The notes below the pieces were generated by a model. That model was not told where the DNA came from and ran no database searches. It saw nothing but the letters and a program-made list of their open reading frames with translations. Positions 1-9,849 of a stretch of 64,000 nucleotides of DNA are shown piece after piece; position 1 is the first letter of the stretch, and every line of letters begins with the position of its first letter. Made by a program: the position numbers and the translations under genes. The DNA comes from Sphingomicrobium sp. (lineage in GTDB: Bacteria > Pseudomonadota > Alphaproteobacteria > Sphingomonadales > Sphingomonadaceae): NCBI GenBank assembly GCA_036376635.1, contig DASUZY010000052.1, positions 7,905 to 71,904 of the forward strand. Reading direction: 5' to 3'.

Positions 1-153
1 GATCACGTCGCCGAACAGGTAAGGAGCGGTGGTTCCAAGAGGAGTGAAGGCGGCCGGAACGACCATCGGGGGAGGCGCCGACGTCGAGCAGCCGGCGATC
101 ACTGTTGCCGCTAAAGCGACAATGCCCGCCTTGAACACAAGCCTGCAGACCAT
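1..153 (-). CDS. Lipoprotein, 5' part only (runs off the window edge)
   Basis: Own translation from ATG at 153: MVCRLVFKAGIVALAATVIAGCSTSAPPPMVVP...; signal peptide with IAGC lipobox; frame open to position 1. Confidence 0.6.
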   Translation of the reverse strand, partial: MVCRLVFKAGIVALAATVIAGCSTSAPPPMVVPAAFTPLGTTAPYLFGDVI

Positions 154-273
154 TCGACCAAGCTCCCCACTGCGAAACCATTGAAACCGGCGCCGTTATC
201 GATGGTTCCGCTGCTGTAAAGAGGCCCGGCTTGTTAACCGCGGCAAGACAAGGTTACATACCAAGCGCCGCCT

Positions 274-1608
274 ATGAGCGACCATATCTCCCCCATCCCC
301 TGGATCGACGTCCTCCTCCTCTTCGCGTTGATCTTCCTGAACGGCGTTCTCGCGCTGAGCGAGATGGCGATCGTCTCGTCGCGAGAGGCGCGGCTCAAGG
401 CGATGGCGAGGAGTGGAAGTGGCGGCGCCCGTTGTGCGCTCGATCTCGCAAGTGATCCGGGCCGCTTCCTCTCGACGGTGCAGAGCGGAATCACATTGAT
501 TGCCATTTTCGCCGGCGCTTTTTCAGGCGCGAGCCTGGGCGAGCCGGTTTCTGAGCGGTTTGAGGCGCTAGGGCTGCACCACGAAACGGCCCACACGATC
601 GGGACCGGCCTGGTGGTCGTGCTCACTACCTATTTTACGCTTGTCATCGGCGAGATCGTTCCCAAGCAGATTGCTCTTCGATCGCCGGAGCCACTGGCGA
701 CGATCATGTCACGGCCGATGCGCTGGCTTTCTGTCATTGTCGCGCCGTTCGTCTGGGTGCTGGAGCATTCGAGTTCGCTGATCCTGAAGCTGTTCGGTCT
801 CGACAAGGAATCGAGAAATCATGTCACTGCCGAGGAGCTGCACCTGGTCGTGGCCGAGGCGCAGACTGCGGGGGTGCTCGAGGAGGACGAGCGCGCGATG
901 ATCTCCGGTATCGTTCGGCTTGCCGATCGCCCGGTACGCGAGGTGATGACTCCTCGAACGGAGATCGACTGGATCGACGTTTCATCCACGCCCGAAGAGG
1001 TGCGGCAAGCCCTGCTCGATACGCCGCACAATCGAATTCCCGTGGCGGACGGCGACGTCGAGAACATCGTGGGAGTGATCCAGACCCGTGACGTGCTGGC
1101 CGCGGCGCTCGACGGCCAACCAATCGATCTGAAGCAGCTTTGCCGAACGCCGCCCGTAGTTCCCGATCTCATGGATGCGATGGACGCTTTGGCCGTTCTT
1201 CGCGCTGCCGACGTTCCACTGGCACTGGTCAGCGACGAATACGGCCACCTCGACGGCATAGTGACGCCGGGCAGCATCCTTGCCGCTCTCGCTGGAACAT
1301 TCGCGAGCGATGTCGACCAAAGCGATGAGCCCGCGCTCGTTGAACGCGATGACGGCAGTTTCATCGTTTCTGGAGCCGTGAGCGCGGATCTGCTCACCGA
1401 TCGCCTAGGAGTGAACCTTCCGGCCGACCGTGATTATTCGACCGTCGCGGGCTTCGCGCTGTCGGTGCTCAAGCATCTTCCCGAAACCGGCGAGAAGTTC
1501 CGCCATGACGGGTGGTCGTTCGAAGTTGTCGACATGGACGGCCGCAAGATCGACAAGCTCATCGCCTCTCGGTCTCGAAGAAAACCCGAGGAGAAAGGCG
1601 AGGTTTGA
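274..1608 (+). CDS. HlyC/CorC family (DUF21-CBS-CorC) membrane protein
   Basis: N-terminal TM block with NGVLALSEMAIVSSR, FLSTVQSGIT and GEIVPKQIA; tandem CBS region (VREVMTPR, DEYGHLDGIVT); CorC C-terminus (MDGRKIDKL). Confidence 0.92.
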   Translation: MSDHISPIPWIDVLLLFALIFLNGVLALSEMAIVSSREARLKAMARSGSGGARCALDLASDPGRFLSTVQSGITLIAIFAGAFSGASLGEPVSERFEALGLHHETAHTIGTGLVVVLTTYFTLVIGEIVPKQIALRSPEPLATIMSRPMRWLSVIVAPFVWVLEHSSSLILKLFGLDKESRNHVTAEELHLVVAEAQTAGVLEEDERAMISGIVRLADRPVREVMTPRTEIDWIDVSSTPEEVRQALLDTPHNRIPVADGDVENIVGVIQTRDVLAAALDGQPIDLKQLCRTPPVVPDLMDAMDALAVLRAADVPLALVSDEYGHLDGIVTPGSILAALAGTFASDVDQSDEPALVERDDGSFIVSGAVSADLLTDRLGVNLPADRDYSTVAGFALSVLKHLPETGEKFRHDGWSFEVVDMDGRKIDKLIASRSRRKPEEKGEV

Positions 1609-1744
1609 TCCGAATCGGATTCAAATCCGCATCGCACGCCGCTTCGCAAATCAGACCTTAACTCTTTGCGACGATGAATGTGGCAGGACAGAGTTTTCTC
1701 TCCGTCGCTGACTATGGCAACTCTGCGAGGATTGGCCGTCACAG

Positions 1745-2101
1745 ATGAGCGCATATTCGCCACCTGCGAATTGGAAGCGAGGGCGCATCCGCGCCGAACG
1801 GATGCGCGTTTCCATGGCAGCATCCGTCGTCACCATGAACGCGTACCAATTCCCTGAAATTGCCGACATCTCACAGACTGGCGCGAAATTGCGCGGTTCT
1901 CCGTTGCCCTCGAAGGGTGCAACCGCGTTGCTCAAGTCCGGGCCGCTGGAGGTGCTTTGCAGGGTGGTCTGGGTGAAAGGCGACGAGTGCGGATTGCGCT
2001 TCGACGAGATTGTATCACCCAGGATCCTGAAACAGATTCAGCTGGATGGAGCGGTGGAGCTTCAAACAGTCTCCGAGGTGACCTCCGACTCGGCGGAATG
2101 A
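1745..2101 (+). CDS. PilZ-domain protein
   Basis: RxxxR-like stretch followed by DISQTG (DxSxxG) and VVW...CGLRF. Start uncertain. Confidence 0.75.
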   Translation: MSAYSPPANWKRGRIRAERMRVSMAASVVTMNAYQFPEIADISQTGAKLRGSPLPSKGATALLKSGPLEVLCRVVWVKGDECGLRFDEIVSPRILKQIQLDGAVELQTVSEVTSDSAE

Positions 2102-2127
2102 GCTCTCGACTAGCCGCGCGACGTCGG

Positions 2128-2616
2128 TCAGAGTTTCCCAAACCGTTGCTCGAACCCGTCCGTGTCCCCTCGAGCGAGATAGTCCGCCTGCTCAACGATG
2201 CGGTCTCGAGATAGCCGGCCGCTGAAAGCTCCCAGCTGACCATCGATCCGTTCGATCTCCGTGGGAGTCAGGCTAGCGATCTGTTCGTAGCGCGAGAAGC
2301 CGATTGCATGCAGCGCGTCGGCGAACTTCGGGCCGACGCCTTTGAGCCGGCAGAGGTCGTCACTGGCTTCGCCCCCGCCATCGAGTGTCCGATGGACCGG
2401 CGCGCGGAGGATCTCTCCAGTCACGTCGCTTGCCGCAGCGGCAGCCTCGCCGGCAATGCCTCTGCCTTCCGACGGCGCGTTTCGTTGAACCATATGCGGC
2501 CGCACCGGCGCGCTGTCCGTGAGCGTCACGCGTTGCTTCGGCCTCATCAGGATGAAGGCCAGCACCAGCGCCACGACAATGACGATTACCCACCAATATT
2601 CGCGGATCAGATCCAT
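2128..2616 (-). CDS. Membrane-anchored protein with a C-terminal helix-hairpin-helix-like domain
   Basis: Start reassigned to ATG 2616 (MDLIREYWWVIVIVV..., one TM helix). DDLCRLKGVGPK...WVEQA-type HhH domain like those appended to NuoE and L21. Confidence 0.7.
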   Translation of the reverse strand: MDLIREYWWVIVIVVALVLAFILMRPKQRVTLTDSAPVRPHMVQRNAPSEGRGIAGEAAAAASDVTGEILRAPVHRTLDGGGEASDDLCRLKGVGPKFADALHAIGFSRYEQIASLTPTEIERIDGQLGAFSGRLSRDRIVEQADYLARGDTDGFEQRFGKL

Positions 2617-2623
2617 TCGTTTC

Positions 2624-3121
2624 TCACCAATTCCATTGCGAGTTGTAGCGACGCCGAAGCTCGACCAGATAGGCGAGCAGCAGTCCGAAAAGGAAGCCCG
2701 CGACCGAAACGGCCATTCCCTCGGCAATCAAAGGGGTGCCGCCCTTGGTCGACCAGGTGGCATCCTCGACGCCGGGAAGCTGATCCAAATATTCGATCAG
2801 GCCTTGTCGCTGGAAATCATCTGCGGGTCCCGAAAGCATGACCCGGCGAGTGAGAGGGCCTCTATGCAGGTGGGCCGTGACCTGGGTCATCTCGTAGTGG
2901 ACGAGCATGTCGTGAATGCTGAGCTCGACCTTGGCCGCAAATCGATCCGAACCTCCGAGCGGCCCGTGCCACAGAGCCGCAAGCCCCAATGCGAAGGCGA
3001 CACCCAAGGCCAAAGCAGAATTCCGCCTGGACCGGCGACGCCACGCGAAGCGGCCCGCGACGATACCGACGATCAAGCCGAACCCGAAGCACGGCCAGAA
3101 GTAAGACCAGAACGCGTTCAT
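2624..3121 (-). CDS. Hypothetical membrane protein (3 predicted TM helices, small soluble loop domain)
   Basis: 165 aa with hydrophobic segments; 4-nt overlap with the purD stop; 7 nt upstream of the next gene. Confidence 0.7.
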   Translation of the reverse strand: MNAFWSYFWPCFGFGLIVGIVAGRFAWRRRSRRNSALALGVAFALGLAALWHGPLGGSDRFAAKVELSIHDMLVHYEMTQVTAHLHRGPLTRRVMLSGPADDFQRQGLIEYLDQLPGVEDATWSTKGGTPLIAEGMAVSVAGFLFGLLLAYLVELRRRYNSQWNW

Positions 3122-4377
3122 GCGTTCTCCCGAGCGAGCTCACGCCAGCCGATGTCGCGCCGGTGGAACCCATCAGCGAAGTCGATTTGGTCGACTGCGC
3201 GATAGGCCCGGGCACGGGCATTGGCGAAGGTTTCGGCGACTGCGGTGACCGCGAGCACGCGTCCCCCCTTCGCGATCAACCCTTCCTGGCCGAGGGCGGT
3301 GCCCGCGTGAAAAACGCTCACGCCGTCGATCTGCTCTGCGGCTTCGATTTCCCTGATTGCCCCGCCGCTGGCAGGCGTGTCGGGATAGCCGCGGGCCGCC
3401 ATGATCACGGTCACAGCATGCTTGCCAGTGAGGTTCGGCAGCGCGATTTCATCCAATTGTCCGGTGGCGACAGCGCTCAGCAGCTCAGCGAAGTCGCCGT
3501 CGATTAGGGGCATGATCGCCTCGCACTCCGGATCCCCGAAGCGGACGTTATATTCGATCAGCTTGGGACCATCGGCGGTGAGCATCAGCCCAGCATAAAG
3601 CACGCCGCTGAATGGAGTCCCCGCAGCGGCCATCGCCCTCGCCGTGGGGACGATGATTTCGTCCATTGCGCGCTGTTGTAGCTCTGCCGTCAGAACGGGT
3701 GCGGGTGCGTACGCGCCCATGCCACCGGTGTTGGGGCCTGTGTCGCCCTCTCCGACCCGCTTGTGGTCCTGGGCCGAGGCTAGCGGCACTGCAAACTCGC
3801 CATCGATGAGAGCGAACAGGCTGGCTTCCTCTCCCGCCAGGAACTCTTCGATAACCAACGGTCCGTCGCCGGCCGCTTGGATCGCCGCCTCCGCTTCCTC
3901 CCGGGTGGTCGCGACGGTGACTCCCTTGCCGGCCGAAAGGCCGTCCGCCTTGATCACGACCGGGATCGAAAACCCTGAAAGCGCCGCATGGGCATCCGCC
4001 GCCAGCTCCACGCGAACATAATCCGCCGTTGGGATGCCCTGCGCTCGACAGAGATCCTTCGTGAACCCCTTGGACCCCTCCAGCCGGGCGGCTGTGGCGT
4101 TCGGTCCGAACACGGGAATCCCCGCTGCTCTCAGCCTGTCCGCAACACCAGCGACGAGAGGGGCTTCTGGCCCTACGACAACCAAGTCTGCCGCCTTGGC
4201 GTGGGCAAGCTCAACAACTGCATCGGCGTCGCACGGATCGATTGCGACGCACTCCGCCCATCGCGCGATGCCGGGATTGCCCGGCGCCGCGATGAGTTGG
4301 CCGCAGCTCGGCGATTGCCTAAGGCGCCACGCGAGCGCATCCTCACGGCCGCCCGAGCCCAGAAGCAGAATATTGAT
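3118..4377 (-). CDS. purD: Phosphoribosylamine-glycine ligase
   Basis: [66 protein letters not shown]. The start is either ATC at 4377 or GTG at 4395; the track's 4536 start is too long. Confidence 0.95.
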   Translation of the reverse strand: MNILLLGSGGREDALAWRLRQSPSCGQLIAAPGNPGIARWAECVAIDPCDADAVVELAHAKAADLVVVGPEAPLVAGVADRLRAAGIPVFGPNATAARLEGSKGFTKDLCRAQGIPTADYVRVELAADAHAALSGFSIPVVIKADGLSAGKGVTVATTREEAEAAIQAAGDGPLVIEEFLAGEEASLFALIDGEFAVPLASAQDHKRVGEGDTGPNTGGMGAYAPAPVLTAELQQRAMDEIIVPTARAMAAAGTPFSGVLYAGLMLTADGPKLIEYNVRFGDPECEAIMPLIDGDFAELLSAVATGQLDEIALPNLTGKHAVTVIMAARGYPDTPASGGAIREIEAAEQIDGVSVFHAGTALGQEGLIAKGGRVLAVTAVAETFANARARAYRAVDQIDFADGFHRRDIGWRELARENA

Positions 4378-5758
4378 GGATCTTCCTGACGACACGCGTG
4401 CCGGCCTGTTAGCGAACGTCGCACCCGGCGACAATTCGCCAGCGCTCAGCGTCAGCGAATTATCGGGCGCGCTCAAACGGACGATCGAAAATGCCTTCGG
4501 CCAGGTCCGGGTGCGCGGCGAGATCAGCGGGTTCAAGCGCCACGCCTCCGGCCACTGCTATTTTACGCTCAAGGACGAGAATGCCTGCATCGATGCGGTG
4601 ATCTGGCGGACGAGCGCGGTCTCGCTTGCCTTCCGCCCGGAGGACGGCGCCGAGGTGATCGCGACCGGTAAGCTGACCACTTACCCTGGACGCTCGAAGT
4701 ACCAGATCGTCGTCGACCGCATGGAGCTGGCAGGGGAAGGGGCGCTACTCGCTCTTCTCGAGCGGCGGCGGAAGGCGCTCGCGGCGGAGGGCCTGTTCGC
4801 GCCCGAGCGCAAGCGGAAGCTGCCCTTCCTGCCGCGCGTGATTGGAGTGGTCAGCTCTCCGACAGGGGCTGTGATCCGCGACATCCTCCATCGGCTGGAA
4901 GACCGCTGTCCGACACGCGTTATCCTTTGGCCGGTACCTGTTCAGGGCGAGGGTTCAGCAACGAAGATCGCCGCCGCCATCCGCGCATTTCCTTCGCTCC
5001 AACCCAGGCCGGACCTGCTGATCGTCGCGCGCGGTGGCGGTTCGATCGAAGACCTGTGGGCGTTCAACGAGGAAGAGGTGGTGCGGGCGGCCGCGGAAAG
5101 TCCGATCCCGCTGATCTCCGCGGTAGGACATGAGACGGACACCACTTTGATCGACTTCGCGTCCGACCTGCGCGCGCCTACTCCGACGGCGGCAGCCGAG
5201 ATCGCCGTACCGGTGAGGGCGGAGCTGTTCGCTCAGCTCGGTGAGCTACAACACCGCGCGCAGCAGTGCCTGTCGCGGCGGGTAGAGCGTGGTCGGGAAC
5301 GGTTCGACCTCACGATCTGCCGCTGGCCGGAGCCACAGGCGATTTTCGCGCCGATGGCCCAGCGTCTCGATGAGATCGGCGAACGGCTGCCCCGGTCTCT
5401 GTCCGCACGTGCCGGGACGTCCCGCGCCGAGCTCAACCTGGTGGCCGGCCGGCTTCGGCGGGATGTGGTGGATCAACGGATTGCCCGTCTCACCGATCAG
5501 TTGGGCTCTCTCTGGAGGCTCGCAGAGCTGGCTCACCCCGACAAACCTCTGTCGCGGGGCTTCGCGCGGGTGACGAGCCGCGACGGCGAGACTTTAACGC
5601 ATGCACGCGCCGCGCGCGAGGCGCGGGGCCTGACCTTGCATTTCGCCGATGGGCCCGTCGATGCTTCGGTCGACGGTATTCGAACGCCGGTTGAGCAAAA
5701 GCGCCGCAAACCCTACATTCCTCCACAGCCGGGCCTGTTCGACCCGGCAGAGGATTGA
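4376..5758 (+). CDS. xseA: Exodeoxyribonuclease VII large subunit
   Basis: [62 protein letters not shown] at 4376 is the last usable start before the OB fold. Confidence 0.95.
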   Translation: MDLPDDTRAGLLANVAPGDNSPALSVSELSGALKRTIENAFGQVRVRGEISGFKRHASGHCYFTLKDENACIDAVIWRTSAVSLAFRPEDGAEVIATGKLTTYPGRSKYQIVVDRMELAGEGALLALLERRRKALAAEGLFAPERKRKLPFLPRVIGVVSSPTGAVIRDILHRLEDRCPTRVILWPVPVQGEGSATKIAAAIRAFPSLQPRPDLLIVARGGGSIEDLWAFNEEEVVRAAAESPIPLISAVGHETDTTLIDFASDLRAPTPTAAAEIAVPVRAELFAQLGELQHRAQQCLSRRVERGRERFDLTICRWPEPQAIFAPMAQRLDEIGERLPRSLSARAGTSRAELNLVAGRLRRDVVDQRIARLTDQLGSLWRLAELAHPDKPLSRGFARVTSRDGETLTHARAAREARGLTLHFADGPVDASVDGIRTPVEQKRRKPYIPPQPGLFDPAED

Positions 5759-5762
5759 CGAC

Positions 5763-5969
5763 ATGCTGATGCAAGGCAGCGGCAAGGCCGCCCGCATTCA
5801 TTATCTGCCCGGCACCTTCCGGCTGTTGAGCGACGGAGATCACGTCGTGTGTGCCGTCACCGGCGCGCACATCCCGCTGCACGAGCTCAAATATTGGAGT
5901 GTCGACCGGCAGGAGCCATACGTCGACGCAGAAGCCAGCCTAAAGGCGGAGCAGCTCGGCCGGCGTTAG
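5763..5969 (+). CDS. DUF2093-like small protein
   Basis: GDHVVCAVTG-x-IPLHELKYWSVDRQEPY pattern; start reassigned to ATG 5763, just after the xseA stop. Confidence 0.8.
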   Translation: MLMQGSGKAARIHYLPGTFRLLSDGDHVVCAVTGAHIPLHELKYWSVDRQEPYVDAEASLKAEQLGRR

Positions 5970-6490
5970 TGAACGCGGCGGACGTGAACCCACTGCTGTC
6001 CGCCGATTTCCGCATAATAGCTGCCAAGGGCGCCGTGCTCGATCGTAACCTTGGCGCCAGCCTTGGGCTCGAATACCGACGAGCCTTCCGTGGATTCCCA
6101 GGTGGACTGGGGTTCAGTCAGCGTGAACTGGAAGAAGCCGTTAGCCAGCGGATGAAAGCTGCTTAGCGTCGAATCGATCTGCTTCGGCTCCTGATCTGCC
6201 GAACTCATTTTGGAATTCCCGAACAGGGCAATGCGAGGAAGTGAAAAGCCAAAGAGGGAGCGGCGTGTCTCGCGCACCTGTTCGCGATCGACGATCGCGA
6301 CGTCACCTCGATTGGTGGCTGTAACGAGCGCGGCCGCGGCGCGATCATAACAGGCGAGCCGCGCTGCGTTGTCCGCGATCGACTGGCAATTCTGAACTGC
6401 CTTGACGAGGCTCGATCCGGCGATTGCCGGGGCCGCTTGCTGAGGAGAAGTCGCCGCGGCGGCGGCTGCGAGAAGTAATGATCCGATCAT
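5966..6490 (-). CDS. Secreted hypothetical protein with a C-x2-I-x-D-x3-RLACYD motif
   Basis: Signal peptide (MIGSLLLAAAAAA); Cys pair in a helical N-domain; beta-rich C-domain; divergent from TBDR1. Confidence 0.75.
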   Translation of the reverse strand: MIGSLLLAAAAAATSPQQAAPAIAGSSLVKAVQNCQSIADNAARLACYDRAAAALVTATNRGDVAIVDREQVRETRRSLFGFSLPRIALFGNSKMSSADQEPKQIDSTLSSFHPLANGFFQFTLTEPQSTWESTEGSSVFEPKAGAKVTIEHGALGSYYAEIGGQQWVHVRRVH

Positions 6491-6717
6491 TCAAGAACCC
6501 CCAGCATCGGTCGCGATTTAGCACAGAAACTGGCACGCAACGACCGAACTTCAATCTGTGCCCCAAATGCAACACCCTTCAAACGTTATGCGAGTGGAGT
6601 AGTGGGCTTGATTGTCTCCCCTGTAATGTTTGGCCATAAACACCCTCTACTAAAGTGAAGCGGCCGCACGAGAGTTAGGGTGCGTGCCGCGGTTCCGTTC
6701 ATCCGAAGGGGAGAAAC

Positions 6718-9700
6718 ATGCGACTTTCCAGAACCGCTCTGCTCGCAACCACGTTGCTGTCGGGCGTTACCCTGGCTGGCCCTGCTTTTGCGCAGACCAC
6801 AACTACTGCGACGCCACCCACCCCGGCGCCAGCAACGCAGACCTGTGCTGACGGCACTGTGATTGCGGCCAGCGCAACTTGCACGGTCGCGCCGGCTCCT
6901 GCGTCCGTGGCACCCGCGACGCCAGCATCTTCCCAGGAGACGATTGTCGTCACCGGTTCGCGCATCGCGTCGCCGAACATCACGTCGCTCGCTCCGATCC
7001 AGGTCGTCGGTGAGCAGGAAATCAACCAGGCCGGCGCGGTCAACATTCAGGAAGTCCTGAACAACAACCCGGCGTTCGGTACGCCGGCCCTGTCAACGAC
7101 CACCACTGCGTTCCTGACCTCGGGCGCCGGTGTTGCGACCGTCAACCTTCGCCAGCTCGGTGAGAACCGCACCCTGGTGCTGATCAACAACCGCCGCGTC
7201 GTCGGCGGCCTCGCTGGTTCGCCGATCGTCGACTTGAACGACATCCCGACCCAGTTCCTCGAGCGCGTTGACATCCTGACCGGCGGTCAGTCGGCGTTGT
7301 ACGGCTCGGACGCCGTCGCCGGTGTCGTCAACTTCATCTACAAGCGCAATTTCGAGGGCCTACTGCTCGAAGGCCAGTACGGCCTGACTGAGCACGGCGA
7401 TTCGCAACGCTATCAGCTCAGCGCGACTGCCGGCGGCAACTTCGCCGACGGCCGCGGCAACATCATGGTCCACGTGGGCTATAGCTCCGACAAGGGCTTG
7501 CTCTCGCGTGAACGCAAGGACACGCGGGTCGATAACATCAGCCAGATGCAGTATTCGTACGATCCGGCTGATTATGCGGTGGCCCATACGCCGTTCCTGT
7601 CGAGCTATCCTCCGCAGGGCCGGTTCACGTCCGGCGGCATCACCTGGACCTACGGGCCAACGGGCCAGCTGCAGCCGTGCTTCACCACTAACGGCTCGAC
7701 CTGTAAGAGCGCGCTCGGCACGGGAACTGGACCGAACGGCTTTAACCGCCAGTTCTTCCGTACCCTGTCGACCCCGGTCGACCGCTATCTGTTCGCAGAG
7801 CGCAGCCACTTCGACATCACGGACAACATCAGCTTCGTGACCGAAGCGACCTATGCCAAGACGAAAGCGAGCTCGGATATTGAGCCGTTCCCGTTGGACT
7901 CGGTCAACATCAACCCGGTCGATGCAACCGTTCCGATCCAGCTGGTTCCGGGCGGCCCCTGCACCTTCTACACGCCGGCTCCGATCTGCGCCGCGGCTAC
8001 TGACTCGAACGGCGATGGCCTGAAGGACATAAGCTTCCGCAAGCGCTTGTCCGACGTTGGTGACCGTACGGCTACGGCCAATCGCGACTTCTTCCGCATT
8101 GTCGTGAGCCTCGAAGGCAAGCTGTTCCACGACCGGTTCAGCTGGGACATCGGCTACAATTACGGCTCGACCAGTGAAGCTCAGCACTCGACCGGGCAGG
8201 TCAACGTACTGAACTTCTACAACGCCCTTCAGGCAACGTCGGATGCAAACGGCAACCCCGTTTGCGCCAATCCGGTCGCGGTCGCCCAGGGCTGCGTCCC
8301 GCTGAACATCTTCGGCACCAACAGCATGACCCCGGCGATGCTCGCGTATATCAATGCCGACTCGCAGCATAACGTTCAGGTCAAGCAGCAGGTGTGGGAT
8401 GCCAACCTGTCGGGCAGCCTGTTCGATCTTCCCGCGGGTCCGCTCGGCATCGCCATCGGCGCCGAATACCGCAAGGAGTCCAGCACCGAGGACTGGGATG
8501 CGCTGACCAACGAGGGCCTGAACGGCGGCAACGTCCTTCCGGACACCTCGGGCCGGTTCAACGTCAAGGAAGCTTATGGCGAGGTCAACGTGCCGATCCT
8601 CAAGGATCTGCCGTTCGTCAAGCAGCTGAACGTTCGCGGCGCGGGTCGTATTTCCGACTATTCCACGATCGGTAGCGTCAAGACGTGGGAGGTCGGTGGC
8701 GACTGGGCCCCGATCGACGACATCCGCTTCCGCGCGACGTTGGCGAAGGCCGTCCGTGCGCCGAACATCGGCGAGCTGTTCACCGGCCTGTCGCAGACCT
8801 TCCCACTCGTTCGCGACCCTTGCCAAGGCATCGGCGCAACCGGTGGTGGAGCTCTCGGCGACAACTGCCGCGCAGCACCGGGTGTCGCTGCGAACATTGC
8901 GCAGAATGGAACGTTCACGCTGACGCAGGCTGACATCCAGGGTGTCAGCGGCTTCAACGGCGGCAACCCGAACCTCGGGCCGGAGACGGGCCGTACGTTC
9001 ACCGCCGGTGTCGTCATCGCGCCTCGGAACATCAGCTTCCTGCGCAATATGTCGCTCTCGGTCGACTACTGGCACATCAAGATCACCAACGCGATCACGA
9101 CGATCAGCCGTCAGCTGATCCTCGACCAGTGCTATCAGGACGGCTTGGCCAACGCCTGCTCGTTGATCACTCGTAACCCGACCCAGATCGGCGGTGCGAG
9201 CTCTGGTTCGATCAAGTTCGTGAACGACTTCGCGATCAACGCCGCGTCATCGACACGGTCGGGTATCGACGCTGTCCTGCAGTATCGCAGGGGTCTCGGC
9301 ACCTTGTTCGGCAGCCCGCTGAACATGAACGCCCGGATTGCCTACACGCACCTGTTGAAGGGCTACACGATCCCGCTTCCGGGTCAGCCGGCTGACCGTG
9401 TCGCGGGCGAAATCGGAACGCCGAAGGACAAGTTCAACGCAACTCTCGGTTTCGACAACCGCCAGTGGGGCTTGAACCTGACCGGGACATACATCGGCAA
9501 GTCGTACGAGGATGATCAGTTCCTGGACGCGTTCGGGCTCAACCCCGATGCGATCTCGATCAAGCCGATTTTCTACCTCGACGGGCAGCTCCGGTTCACG
9601 CCGGTGCGCAAGTTCGAGTTCTTCGTCGGCGTCGACAACATCACGAATGTGCAGGCTCCGGTCATCCTGTCCGGCTCGCCATTCAACACGACGGGTTCGA

Positions 9701-9768
9701 ACACCGACGAAGCGGTCTACGACGTGTTCGGCCGCCGCTACTACGCCGGTGCGCGCCTCCGCTTCTAA
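6718..9768 (+). CDS. TonB-dependent receptor (TBDR1)
   Basis: Signal peptide ending PAFA; TonB box ETIVVTGS; plug motifs LRQLGENRTLVLIN and YGSDAVAGVVNFI; terminal strand GRRYYAGARLRF. Confidence 0.95.
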   Translation: MRLSRTALLATTLLSGVTLAGPAFAQTTTTATPPTPAPATQTCADGTVIAASATCTVAPAPASVAPATPASSQETIVVTGSRIASPNITSLAPIQVVGEQEINQAGAVNIQEVLNNNPAFGTPALSTTTTAFLTSGAGVATVNLRQLGENRTLVLINNRRVVGGLAGSPIVDLNDIPTQFLERVDILTGGQSALYGSDAVAGVVNFIYKRNFEGLLLEGQYGLTEHGDSQRYQLSATAGGNFADGRGNIMVHVGYSSDKGLLSRERKDTRVDNISQMQYSYDPADYAVAHTPFLSSYPPQGRFTSGGITWTYGPTGQLQPCFTTNGSTCKSALGTGTGPNGFNRQFFRTLSTPVDRYLFAERSHFDITDNISFVTEATYAKTKASSDIEPFPLDSVNINPVDATVPIQLVPGGPCTFYTPAPICAAATDSNGDGLKDISFRKRLSDVGDRTATANRDFFRIVVSLEGKLFHDRFSWDIGYNYGSTSEAQHSTGQVNVLNFYNALQATSDANGNPVCANPVAVAQGCVPLNIFGTNSMTPAMLAYINADSQHNVQVKQQVWDANLSGSLFDLPAGPLGIAIGAEYRKESSTEDWDALTNEGLNGGNVLPDTSGRFNVKEAYGEVNVPILKDLPFVKQLNVRGAGRISDYSTIGSVKTWEVGGDWAPIDDIRFRATLAKAVRAPNIGELFTGLSQTFPLVRDPCQGIGATGGGALGDNCRAAPGVAANIAQNGTFTLTQADIQGVSGFNGGNPNLGPETGRTFTAGVVIAPRNISFLRNMSLSVDYWHIKITNAITTISRQLILDQCYQDGLANACSLITRNPTQIGGASSGSIKFVNDFAINAASSTRSGIDAVLQYRRGLGTLFGSPLNMNARIAYTHLLKGYTIPLPGQPADRVAGEIGTPKDKFNATLGFDNRQWGLNLTGTYIGKSYEDDQFLDAFGLNPDAISIKPIFYLDGQLRFTPVRKFEFFVGVDNITNVQAPVILSGSPFNTTGSNTDEAVYDVFGRRYYAGARLRF

Positions 9769-9793
9769 TCGAAGCCAGGTTGGTAAAGGACTT

Positions 9794-9826
9794 GGGCGGG
9801 GGCTTCGGCTCCCGCCCTTTTCTTTT
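9794..9826 (+). terminator. Intrinsic terminator of TBDR1
   Basis: gggcgggggc-ttcg-gctcccgccc hairpin followed by ttttctttt. Confidence 0.85.
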
Positions 9827-9849
9827 GTGCTTGGGGATGCCGAAGGTGG

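Noticed and set aside
1609-1632. Overlapping short inverted repeats (atccg-aat-cggat-tca-aatccg) after the HlyC-family gene
   Set aside because: The stems are only 5-6 bp with no U-tract, and I saw no second copy in the window. Too weak to call.
4034-4536. Long N-terminal extensions of xseA (from 4034) and purD (from 4536) in the ORF track; similar extensions at 2727, 5649, 13658, 17004, 23917, 33338, 36848, 43014, 47522 and 49018
   Set aside because: The extensions overlap neighbouring genes or leaders and precede clear signal peptides, SD sites or family N-termini. Starts were reassigned.
6350-6390. C-x11-C spacing in the secreted protein matching the TBDR module
   Set aside because: Only the spacing is shared. 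The sequence (helical RLACYD type) lacks the G-x-V-I core and the Pro flanks, so it is treated as coincidence.
7360-9075. 571-aa antisense ORF inside TBDR1; likewise 13511-14821, 18384-19397, 39262-40620, 41215-42285 and many shorter ones
   Set aside because: These are shadow ORFs of high-GC coding strands. They are Arg/Val/Asp-rich mirror translations with no motifs, lying wholly opposite well-supported genes.
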